Shown one piece after another: positions 51,190-61,991 of a stretch of 64,000 nucleotides of DNA. The stretch covers positions 1,984,001 to 2,048,000 of the forward strand of contig CM082577.2 of the NCBI GenBank assembly GCA_040954595.2, read 5' to 3'. This stretch comes from Balanoglossus misakiensis. Lineage: Eukaryota; Animalia; Hemichordata. Position 1 is the stretch's first letter, and each line of letters begins with the position of its first letter. The position numbers were made by a program, and so were the translations under genes. The notes beneath the pieces are model-generated. The model was not told where the DNA came from, did not search any database, and was given only the letters and a program-made list of their open reading frames with translations.

Positions 51190-53402
51190 AGACGTTGACT
51201 TTTTCTTTTCTTTCTTAATTTTTAAAAAAACTTACCAAGAGACTGAATAATGCTGCGCAGCTGCCAATAAAGGGAACAATGAACCTTTTAATATTACCAT
51301 GCAAGTCTACATTCACTGCCAGTGTGTTTACATTGTATATATACTTCATTTACCAATAAGGAGGAAGGAGTTGGGGAGAGGAATACAGCATTATTTGGGC
51401 CATTATACCTCAGATGTTGAATAGGAGTCCCATCTTCTGATGAGGGTTCTCTTGATATAGAATGACTGAAATGACCACAGTTGAACTTTTGCTTTTTTTT
51501 CTTCTTCGTTGAAGAGGATAATCTTCATCCAACCTCGATGAGAGTGCTTCACTGAGAAACTCTTGCCAGGACTAATAGTTGTCTTTCTGTATAGCTGTCA
51601 ATGAGAACTGAAACGTCTCTCCCCGTGTGTGACCTAGAAGACGGGAGAACGAGTATTTTACCTCAGATGGTGGTTTGAACGGAGCACAGCCGAATCTCAG
51701 ACACAGCAATCAATGTAACACTCAATGGAGACTACATCTTAAGTTATCCACAACCACTCGGAAGAAAATAGGCATCTCTCAGACAAGTGTTTATCCGTAT
51801 TTTATTCCAAATACAAAAACTTCACAAAGGAGGTGACCAGACTGTCGGAGCTGATGGCAGAATCATCGTACGTACCAAGCCAGCAATAACAAATCAAGAA
51901 ATGAAAGGATTGTGTGATCTTTGACCTCTGCGGAACTTTGAGTCTGCTATACACTTACAAAGCTGAACTGTAGTCTGTACACAAACTAATTTATTCTTCA
52001 TCATTTTCATTGTCGTGAAACTCTGTATCATATCTTGTCACTGAATCTGAGGCTATGCCTGTTCCCTTTGAGGACCTGACCAGAGAACCATCTCTGTGAT
52101 TGTCTTTGTTTGCGATCAAGATCTGATTAGATGATACTTTCTTGGATTTCTTCAGTGTATCTTCGGAATCACAACATGGAGGATTCTGCTGTGTCAAATA
52201 CAGTAGTCTTCAAGTAAAACCTAGGGAGCGTGACACATTTCAACAACTTGCCGTAGTTTGCAGACTGTTTGTGTGACTGCATACATTGTACATATTTACC
52301 AGGAAAAACGCTTTGTGATTGGGCTTTGAACATAAGGAACTATCGGAACAAACATCCTGTGTGAATCAACCACCACTTCGATCTACGAGGTGGAAGCTTT
52401 TCAATTCGTCATCAGTGAAAAGACTCGATGTCCAATAAAGGAAAGGTTTTACCAAGATTCAAGTGCCACCTACGTACGATTAGGTTGCCTGTTTTGTTCT
52501 GAAATACATGTGAGAGCGCCACCAGTGACTGATTTACAAAATGAGCCGCACTGTCAATGCATATAGATTGGCAACAGTATTTGAGTAGCAGTCGAGAATG
52601 GGAGCCATTACACACATGAACTCTCCACTTTTCAAATAAAATTTATCAGCAATTATGGTGTTTACACTTCTTCTCAATTCTTTGAAATTCATCTAGTGCA
52701 GTATAGCCCATTGAAAAAAAGACATTTACAGCTTTTTGATCGATTTTATTTTGCTAATTGTAAATATTCATTCTGGTTTAATTTAGCTGAACAACCCCTC
52801 TGTGCTGTATCTGTGGCTATTAATGTATACCTATGAACAATTGTACATATTGCTTTTTTTATCTGCTTGACCTTTGACCCCTACCCCAAAATGTATAGAG
52901 ATTACTTCAGACGCTATTTATGAAATTATGTAAATGAACATTGATGTGTGTATAGAGATATAGATAATAATTGGAGAATTTCTACCTAGATTTTTTTCAT
53001 TTTTACCTCTTTCCAAGTTTTTTGTGTTTATTTTTTTGCCTCCTACAATGAAAGGCATCAGATTGAGTTCTATGTACAGAACGACATGTAACATTAAAGA
53101 TATTGTCAGAGAGAAGTTTTATTTTTGCACCTAGAGAGCTGAAAGTGAGTTAGAATTGCATGTCATTAGTGTAATTGACTTTGAAGGAAGAAAAACCTAT
53201 TAAAACTATTGAAAAAGCAGAAGATTTACGGCATGGGGAACATTCTGTTTGGCGTTTTTTAACATCTTATTTTTTTCTGCAACTTCATTGTACTGTGAAC
53301 TTATGTTTGCCTTTCACATTCATTTTTTTGCCAATAATTTTCAGTTTTATATGTATTTGTATTTACAAATTCTCCTTCATGGTATCATTCGCAGGATTTG
53401 TT

Positions 53403-53744
53403 TAGGTAGTATGCATCTCAAAAAATGAAGGTCAGTTTTTCTCATATTTAGCTCATGGCGACTTTAAATTATTCTCTCTTAATTAAAACAGAATGAAAAT
53501 TAGGGGTCACCATGCAAAATTTTGAATTAGCCAAACTTTCTCAAATTTGAAATTCAAAATGGCAGCCATCTCTGAAGAGAAAATTTAAAGTTGTGATTTC
53601 TATGAAATCAAGATGGTGAGCCCCCTTTTTTTTCTCACTTTTGAAAAAGACCTGATCCTTGCACACTTCAATGTAGCAAAGAACTGAAAGATTTGGAGGA
53701 CTATCATTTTTCAGAAAAACTGTCCCCAAGGTGCATACTAGCAA
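53403..53744. mobile_element. Degenerate MITE-like dispersed repeat (most complete copy)
   Basis: Inverted ends TAGTATGCATCT (53407) / AGGTGCATACTA (53729-53740), 11/12 match. Internal core CTCAAATTTGAAATTCAAAATGGC is shared with the copies at ~38050 and ~39200. Confidence 0.65.
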
Positions 53745-54683
53745 GATTTTCTCTTCTTTCTGGCCAATTTTCATGCTTTCCATGTTGTTCAGGTCACTGA
53801 ACTACTTTTCTTCTCATAACAGAATGTTCCCCCGAGATGCTTAATGGCTTTAAAATACAATTTTATCATGTCTTTAAAAGAAACTGATAGCCACCATGTA
53901 CTACCAAAGAATAAAAGGTTCCAATAAAAGTATCTAGGATATAAATGTAAACAATTTTCTGTGCTCTTGTGTTTATTATTATCATTCATGTCTGTGTGAA
54001 AGGAAATGCGATTTGTGAATAGGTGGTATCACATGGCAACTTCAGTGCCACCTTTAGAGTTGGTCAAACAAACATTTCCTTCATAATTCCCACACAGTCC
54101 TATAATCCTGTTCCCTTTGGCTGTATCACCAAAGACCCAGAACATCTCATGAACAATCTATGTACTGCCAAACTAAATTCTTATGTCTGTGATGATGAGG
54201 GCGCTCTGACAGGTTCTCGTACCTCATGCATGACCTCATATCATATAGCATTTCGTCATCCCCAAAAAATATTTCATGAAACAGAAATAAAGATCACATA
54301 TTTCACATTTTAGCGAACCATAGCCATATATATTTCCCACATACCACGGCCTCTTCTGGCAACGCAGTAACTGTTGCCGTAAGTGCGTATCGAAGTCGGT
54401 AGGCTTTTCTTCCCGCCGCCAGCTCATCGCGCGCAATATGGCATGTACCGGTATGTACTGTATTTTTTCTTTCTACAGAAGCTATAAACTATAACTAAAC
54501 TTTGTATGGCGAACGACCAGTCATTGTCCAGAGAAAGTCAGAAGGCAAGATATTTTTGGTTTTATTTCCCTGTATTCGTAACTTAGCTTGATAAATAAAA
54601 TTAAAATGTGGACCAGTAATAAATGGATGAATGTCAGGATTGAGGATCTTGTTCGGTATGGCTAAACTATGTGCACAACTTTT

Positions 54684-54703
54684 CGGTAGTTCTCTTTTTG
54701 GAG
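54684..54703 (-). promoter_or_regulatory. Histone downstream element (U7 snRNA-binding) of H2A
   Basis: Purine-rich CTCCAAAAAGAGAACTACCG begins ~9 nt after the stem-loop and is identical in H2B. Confidence 0.8.
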
Positions 54704-54711
54704 GAAGTGGT

Positions 54712-54727
54712 GGCCCTTAAAAGGGCC
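54712..54727 (-). other. Histone 3' UTR stem-loop of H2A
   Basis: Minus strand reads GGCCCTTTTAAGGGCC, preceded by CCAAAC and followed by ACCAC. Canonical SLBP-binding hairpin. Confidence 0.96.
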
Positions 54728-54758
54728 GTTTGGTTTGGTTTGGTTTTTAGTCTTCAGT

Positions 54759-55121
54759 TTACTTCTTTTTCGGCAAAAGCACAGCCTGGATGTTTGGCAG
54801 CACACCACCTTGGGCGATGGTTACACCACCGAGAAGCTTGTTCAACTCTTCGTCATTACGAACGGCTAGCTGCACATGGCGAGGGATGATTCTTGTTCTC
54901 TTGTTGTCACGAGCGGCATTGCCGGCCAACTCGAGTATTTCAGCAGCCAGGTACTCCAAGACAGCTGCCAAATAAACCGGCGCACCAGCGCCAACACGCT
55001 TAGCGTAGTTACCCTTGCGAAGGAAACGATGAACACGTCCTACGGGGAACTGAAGACCGGCCCGTGCTGAGCGCGTCTTTGCCTTGGAGCGCTTGGCTTT
55101 ACCTTTGCCTCGTCCAGACAT
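54759..55121 (-). CDS. H2A: Histone H2A (replication-dependent type, 120 aa, short C-terminus)
   Basis: SGRGK N-terminus, [51 protein letters not shown]. Intronless, with a 3' stem-loop. Confidence 0.99.
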   Translation of the reverse strand: MSGRGKGKAKRSKAKTRSARAGLQFPVGRVHRFLRKGNYAKRVGAGAPVYLAAVLEYLAAEILELAGNAARDNKRTRIIPRHVQLAVRNDEELNKLLGGVTIAQGGVLPNIQAVLLPKKK

Positions 55122-55490
55122 CTTGCTTTGGGATGAATATGTTTACAATACGATAAACAACAGACTTCTTAGACAGATAGACAAATCAGTCACAATATTA
55201 ATATTTCGTGCAATCAGTCCCTTTTATAGCCATCAGCGGGATCCTAGTCAGATAAAACTTTTAACCAATCAGGTAACCGCGTCATATCGTGTGTATAATT
55301 ATCCAATAAAATTCGAGAGGCGCATGCTGTAAATTGCAACAATGTTACCAAATGAGTTTCCTCTGACGTTCGACACTTGGAAATTCTTATCAAGATCCGT
55401 AATTTGCATAAATTCTGCTATAAATACAGTTATCGACGCTAGACCTCTTCAATTTGGTTTGATACTATCAAAGCAAAGTTAACTAGAAGT
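55122..55490. promoter_or_regulatory. Bidirectional H2A/H2B promoter
   Basis: H2A side: TATA (TATAAAA on minus, 55222-55228) with GGATCC at 55239-55244. Middle: CCAAT at 55265 and 55303, TGACGT at 55364. H2B side: GATCC 55394, octamer ATTTGCAT 55402-55409, TATAAATA 55419-55426. Confidence 0.85.
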
Positions 55491-55859
55491 ATGCCTCCCA
55501 AAGCAAGTGGAAAAGGTGCCAAGAAGGCCGGCAAAGCAAAAGGACGCCGTGGCGGAGAAAAGAAGAGGAAGAGGAGACGTCGGGAAAGCTATGGTATCTA
55601 CATCTACAAAGTGCTGAAACAGGTTCACCCCGACACCGGCGTTTCATCCAAGGCAATGTCCATCATGAATAGCTTCGTCAATGACGTCTTCGATCGCATC
55701 GCCTCTGAAGCCTCTCGCCTGGCCCACTACAACAAGCGTTCCACCATCACCAGCAGAGAGATCCAGACCGCTGTTCGTCTCCTGCTGCCCGGTGAGCTTG
55801 CTAAGCACGCCGTCAGCGAAGGCACCAAAGCGGTCACCAAGTACACCAGTTCCAAATAA
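55491..55859 (+). CDS. H2B: Histone H2B (replication-dependent type, 122 aa)
   Basis: [54 protein letters not shown]. Intronless, with a 3' stem-loop. Confidence 0.99.
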   Translation: MPPKASGKGAKKAGKAKGRRGGEKKRKRRRRESYGIYIYKVLKQVHPDTGVSSKAMSIMNSFVNDVFDRIASEASRLAHYNKRSTITSREIQTAVRLLLPGELAKHAVSEGTKAVTKYTSSK

Positions 55860-55891
55860 ATCGTATGCTCAACTGCATACACATACCAAAC

Positions 55892-55907
55892 GGCCCTTTT
55901 CAGGGCC
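55892..55907 (+). other. Histone 3' UTR stem-loop of H2B
   Basis: GGCCCTTTTCAGGGCC, preceded by CCAAAC. Confidence 0.96.
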
Positions 55908-55915
55908 AACACACT

Positions 55916-55935
55916 CTCCAAAAAGAGAACTACCG
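55916..55935 (+). promoter_or_regulatory. Histone downstream element (U7 snRNA-binding) of H2B
   Basis: CTCCAAAAAGAGAACTACCG with AAAGAG core at the expected spacing after the stem-loop. Confidence 0.8.
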
Positions 55936-56959
55936 TTAACGAATTTGAATACATTGTCAAATAATCACCAAGTTCGTATTTATCGCATGACAAGTACAAT
56001 CACTGCCTTGCACCAACAGCAAAATTGTATAAATGATATTGACTTGCTGCATGTTGTGTTTAATCTGAGAATCGCCACTCGTAATACTAGTATAAATATG
56101 CACTTGATCGGGTCGTTCGTCGCCAAAAAGTGGCGGGAAACGCGCACTACACTCTTCCTTTAATTTCTGCAGCTGTTTCATATTTAGAAAGTTGTGAGAA
56201 AAATACACTGAAACATGAAAATAGTCTGATAGACCATATAAACGATCATACAGCTTTTATTAGGACACTATCGCGGATATTTATAAGCGGGCCACAGGAG
56301 TACGCGTACGGTTCGGATAGTCCAGTAGCCGACGACACTCGCTGTACGGAGTCGTTGTACACTGCACCGCGCATGATCTGACTTGGGGTCATTGAACTCT
56401 AAAATGGCGCAACTCTATCAGTCTATGGTTCGATTCGCTGTGGTATTTTTATCTGATCGCGCTCGGATGTATTAAAATCGTATTCTAAAAATGTATATAT
56501 TTCTAAAGGCATCACTTTTATAATATTGTCCACGCACACGCATGTGTGTTTTGTATGTCGTGCGCGTGTAACGTGTCGATCCGCTTCAGAGGGCGCGCGT
56601 GACAAGAAATTTGCATATCCAGCGAGGAAAGTCAGGTGACTCATGTGACTACTGAATGATCATTCGGATACTCGAGAGTCAACATCCTCCATTATTTTGG
56701 ACTGTGTTGCATTGAACTGAACGATGTGATGCACATATTGTTACTTGTCGGCCTGCTCTATAATACAAGTGGAAAATATGTCCTGCGTACTATATCGACG
56801 TGATGAATTCCTAAAATTCGACCATTCTGTCACGTAAACTAATTCGCTGAAGAAAGTGTTACTTCCGTAAACAACTGGGACGACAGCACTGCGCATACTT
56901 GCCAGCCAGCTGGCTCTGGTCTATCTCGATTGTAATTTGTTGTTTAATATTTTCACTGA

Positions 56960-59957
56960 ATGTATACAAGAATTTTGATGCGTAGTTCTTATTCTTCGGA
57001 GGGCAGAACGAATGCCGACAAGCTCAAGTTGGCTTGCAAGAGCAAGATAAACTCGGTGTATTCGGTAAGTCGCAAGGTTGAAATTGATCTCTCGGCCATT
57101 CATTTAAATGACGTCAAAGGCAGTGCAACACAACAGGCGCTGCTTGTAAACACAATACTGTTTACTGTGTCATGTTTTACAGGCTAGATGCCGTCCGCTA
57201 TTTGCAAGCTCAAAACGTACTATTGGTTTAGTGTGAATCGTTTAGGTTTGACTTTCAGAGCCTTGTGCTTAGTACCTCCATTGTTGAACAATGTCGCGCC
57301 ATTGGCAAGTTGACCTGACCTTATCTGAAGGTCATGATATAGACCCTGTCTCTCAAGGTCATAAATTGTATATGGAGGTACCGTAATTTTGGAAAGTCAA
57401 TTTCAGTGACAAATTTATCACACACAGGCACCTAACACAGAATTGACACAAGATAGTTTTTCATCTTTTATTTAATACAATTTAACACAATCACGAATGA
57501 TGCAGAGAAATATCTCTACAATTCCACAAAGTGACTTGATCATCAAAACCTCTATCTAATATTGTAGAGGGCAGATAACATGAAATGAAATAAAAGATGG
57601 TGATACTGATTTACTTGTACCCTGAATTGGCATGTGGAGTGTTTTTAAATCTGCTTTCTGTCTGGTTTTTTTTTCAGTCACCAGTCTTTAAGTCATTCTT
57701 AGCCGGTGCTCTGAGTGGCACATGCTCAACTGTGCTGTTCCAGCCATTAGATTTGCTCAAGACAAAACTGCAGGCACCAATAAAAGTTGGTCACCATGGA
57801 CACACAGGGTTATTCAAGACATTTGTGAGAGTTATTGAAAAGGAAAAGATCCTTGGATTGTGGAGGGGATTGGTTCCGGTAAGTTTTACTTCATTATTGA
57901 ATAATCCATGCACCTCACGATATCTCTACTCAGAGACTGGTAGTAATTTTTTGTGCATTTTTTTTCATCAGTCCATTGCCAGATGTGTACCAGGAGTTGG
58001 ACTGTATTTCTGTTTTCTCTACTGGTTGAAGACCTCAACAGGGTAGGTGTACATGCCAATGTGTGATTGGCACACTTACATGATAATGCCATTTACAAAC
58101 ACGAGAAATGCTATAATCATAGCCCATGAAATCAAGAGATGTTTTGAGAGAGGCCCCCCCTTGCCTGAAATAAACATAGCATGGCTAGCAACGATGGCTT
58201 GTGGCGAACAACCCTAAACATTGCTAGAATGTCAAATGGGAAGGACCTCCACTGATGCACACTTTGTTCTATGCACCCATACAGCTACCTCAACCCTAGT
58301 CCGTTACAAGCCGTGTGTTTGGGTGCTGCTTCCAGGGCTCTCGCTGGGAGCGCTCTCCTGCCAGTCACTGTTGTCAAAACAAGATTTGAGGTAAGAAATG
58401 TGTTTGGTGTGCGCAGAAGTATGTGGTAGAATATAGCGTAATTGGTGGTGAACACTATGTGATCTCATAGGTCACCGGGGGTCAGAGTTGAAGGGTTAAA
58501 GACTGCATATTTAGTCAAGTTGGGAGTAACAGACATGATAGAAAAGTGAATAATTTGTGGAATAATTCAATGCCATGTCACATCAATCAAGTGCATTGTG
58601 TCATGTGTACATGTACCTCCATTGATTTTCCATTTTAATATTTCTGTTCAAATTTTAGAGCGGACGTTTCAACTACAAAGGAGTGACTGGAGCCATCAGG
58701 GACATTTACAGAAGTGAGGGTGCAAGAGGTAGGTGAACACTGGCTGTGTCAATTTGTGTTGTGAAAGTCTGTGGAACACATGCATCCTTGTACAGGGTAT
58801 CATAGATCTCCACAAGTATCTGTGATTCATAACAAGGCTGTTGCATCTGAATGATATCCATGTAAACTTGAAAGTGTTCAAAAGTATGAATTTTCTTGAA
58901 TATGGTTAAATAATATTGTAAAACGTTTTGGTACAGTAGTTTTCTTGGTTTACAGTTTGTCCGTTTTCTCAGTTCTCAGTATTTCATCCTTTGCAGGTTT
59001 GTACAGTGGAACAGTGGCAACTCTCATGCGAGATGTACCTTTCTCAGGTCTCTATCTGATGTTCTACCTACAGACAAAGCAGATAATCAAACCAGGTAAA
59101 AACAATGAAATAAAATTTCATCAAGAAATCAGAATATTAAGCCTGAACTGTCTCATAGTCATACCAGTATTCTTTACTTCAAAAATTGGATCTGTATTTT
59201 GTCATTCTGTTTTCGACAGATCGATTTTCCAACAGTGCAACTCCGGCGGTGAACTTTGGCTGTGGGATAGTGGCCGGCATCCTGGCATCGGGTCTGACGC
59301 AGCCGGCAGACGTCATCAAAACACACATGCAGCTGTTCCCGCACAGGTACACTGGAACCATTCACGCTACTAAGGCAATCATCAAGGTGAGAAATCAGAC
59401 ACAGATCTCCACATTCCTCTCTCTCTCTGTCAATCAACCACGGTTTAAATATAATCTTACACTGTTGAAATTTTACATAAAATGATTTGATTTGATTTGT
59501 AGGTGCATGGTCCGCAAGGTTTGTTGCGCGGTATGCTGCCCCGCTGTCTCAGAAGAACTCTTATGGCTGCCATGGCGTGGACAGTCTATGAACAGGTCAG
59601 TCAATGCTCAACCCCATTCACCGCGACAAAGTCGTAGTCCCATTGTTTTGCTTGGTATGGCTGGACCTATTTTCCAAGAAATGGGGGTGTAGGAATGAAC
59701 AGACATCGACCTCAGAGAAATTGTAAGAAACCCGGCGAGGCATTTTCAGCTCAAAGGAAAAAGCAGATTTCAAAACCGCCTTTCAACAAAGAGTGCGTAG
59801 ATGTGTTTATCAGGTGACATCAAACTATTGAAGAATATAACCAAAATATCATGCTGAATAGGTCACAAATGAAAACAAAAATTAGTGGAATAGCTTCATC
59901 AGTTAATAATTTTCATTTCTGAATTTGCAGGCAATGAAGATGTATGGCCTGAAGTAA
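56960..59957 (+). CDS. SLC25A38: Mitochondrial glycine transporter, solute carrier family 25 member 38, spliced
   Basis: Exons 56960(or 56978)-57064, 57678-57878, 57972-58042, 58285-58390, 58659-58728, 58997-59095, 59220-59386, 59503-59595, 59931-59957 (TAA); all GT-AG and phase-consistent. Carrier signature repeats [33 protein letters not shown]. Subfamily motifs [42 protein letters not shown]. The start codon is uncertain. Confidence 0.93.
57678..57878 (+). CDS. SLC25A38: SLC25A38 exon 2
   Basis: [32 protein letters not shown]...GLWRGLVP; acceptor ttttcag, donor GTAAGT. Confidence 0.93.
58285..58390 (+). CDS. SLC25A38: SLC25A38 exon 4
   Basis: [24 protein letters not shown]; acceptor catacag, donor GTAAGA. 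Confidence 0.92.
59220..59386 (+). CDS. SLC25A38: SLC25A38 exon 7
   Basis: [29 protein letters not shown]; acceptor tcgacag, donor GTGAGA. Confidence 0.92.
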
Positions 59958-61793
59958 TGAGAATGACTACATGTACCAGATTTCAATCTGAAGGATGAAC
60001 AGTTGGATATTACTTGAACAAGTACAACCATTGGTGTTTACGTCTGCACATGGTGACTTTGGATGGTCTGCGGGGAGAGTGATAACCATTTGGATTCAAG
60101 TGTGCGAATGTGTCCAACAAGGCTCAGAGCTTCCACAGTGATAGTGTGTCCAACAAGGCACAAACCTGTGATGACTTGTAAAACTTGATTGACAATGGCT
60201 GTTTTTAAATGTTATGAGTGTTTATGTAATGTTTGGCATGAAATGCTGCAAATCAGTGGAATTGGTTGGGAGGGATGGAGCTTACAGTGTATAGTTTATA
60301 TGCAACTCTACGAACACACTCTTGTAAAATGTTGTTGCTCAGCTTCGACTGAGATACAACGAGAACACCATTCCTCTGCATTATTCTGTCAGAATACCCT
60401 GCAAGGAAGATTGTTGTATAACTTAGATGTAATCCACTTCTCTGTCCTGAGGCTGCTTGATCAGCTGTTGGTGCAACTTTTAGGACATCACAGATCTCAG
60501 TCACCGGGAGGATATGCGCACAGTTACGAGGACTGAGACAAAGTTTGTGTCTATATACTCTGCCGTGCCATTTCCAGAGGTTTTTTTTTACGTATTTTCA
60601 AAGTTTTATTTGAACTGTTAACCCAAAATTGCAGCTGATTCTGTGTTTTAAAAAAAGCTCAAAAAATTGTCGACTTAGCAATGAAAGATATTTTTGTATG
60701 TTTTTTTATAGAACATCATGGCAAGCAATTTACACAATTTTGTTCCAAATATGTTTGAGGTACATGTAGAAAGAATATTACACTTGATTTTAGGGGTACA
60801 TGTTTAGTAATATTTCCATTCTCTTAGAACTTTTCTCTAAGATATTTTGTGTCAGATTTATGTCTTTAATTAATACGGCAAAAAATACTATTCTTCACTG
60901 TAGTTTTAATAATCTGTCATATTTCATGGATATATTCACTGACATGCATGGTGACTTCAATTGTAAATTTACATCTTCTCTGGTGTTTTAGTGGTACATT
61001 GATCAGAAAAAATCTAGCAATGGTGAAATCCAATGAAATTTATGTGCTTCTGTCACCTTCTGTAATATTAAATACAGGTGACATCATTTCTCTTTTTATG
61101 GAATATAATTCCAGAATTGTACTCTGTATTTTTAGACTAATTTTTGCAATGAAATATGCCACTGAAAAGAAAATGGGTTCCCCTGACACAATTGTTACAG
61201 TGTTTAAAAAAGTCATGCCACCAAAAAATAACTACATGTATTGTGCAGTCAGCTATGCCAGTGGTATCCACTAAAAATATGAAATCAAAGTCTACATAAT
61301 ACGTGCATGCAGTAAACAGCTGGTTGCTCTTTGCTTTGAATACAAGCCAGCCAATTATAGTTTGCACGTGTGCAGTGAACAACCTTCCTAACTGGGCCCA
61401 CTGGATGTACATGTACTGTAGGTCCAGGTACATAAACCAGAACAGGCTCTGATACATGTATGAAAATTGTAGTGGGCCAGTGGAGAGCGCCCTCAAGTGG
61501 CAGATGAGCTCGCTGGACACCCAGTGAGGTCCTGCATACAATGTATTTGCAAACTCTTGTCTTGCTTGTAAAGAAAAGCGAAGGATGACTGGTTGTATTA
61601 TGTGGTCTTATTATGTGGTTTGGTGGCCACAGTGTACTGTGTCACGGGTATTTTCTCACTTAAAACTATAAACTGCATAACCACTTCCATCCACAATAGA
61701 TATGAGAGAGAGTAACGATAATGCATGAATTCAGCTTGAATATTACGGAAACTTGGTTGATGTAACTACCTCTTTGCAGTCAGATTTATTTGC

Positions 61794-61991
61794 AATAAAA
61801 TTCAGGGCATTGTATCCGTTTTATTTTCTGCGCCAGCTGAGCTTCCCATGATGCTTAGCAAACCCAGTGTGATCTTGGAAGCATCATCACCTTGACAACT
61901 GTTTGGAAAAGATTGATTTCATTTATACTTTCTGTGAAAGATTTTTTTCTTCATGAATTGACCTTTTAAAGTGTAGGACATGTCAAATAAA
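61794..61991 (+). terminator. Candidate polyadenylation signals of SLC25A38
   Basis: AATAAA at 61794 and 61986; the latter is followed by GT/T-rich sequence. Confidence 0.4.

Noticed and set aside
55855-55860. AATAAA overlapping the H2B stop codon
   Set aside because: Produced by the Lys-stop codons AAA TAA and lies upstream of the stem-loop. Unlikely to be a functional polyA signal.
55681-56163. 160-aa ORF overlapping H2B
   Set aside because: Alternate-frame shadow of the GC-rich H2B codons that runs through the stem-loop. No independent evidence.
56896-56906. ATACTTGCCAG resembling the U1 snRNA 5' end, with an octamer at 56609
   Set aside because: The downstream sequence lacks U1 stem-loops and the Sm site. 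The region is better explained as the SLC25A38 promoter/5'UTR.
60109-60159. 15-bp direct repeat TGTGTCCAACAAGGC x2 (CRISPR- or TSD-like)
   Set aside because: Only two copies in a eukaryotic 3'UTR. A simple local duplication, not an array.
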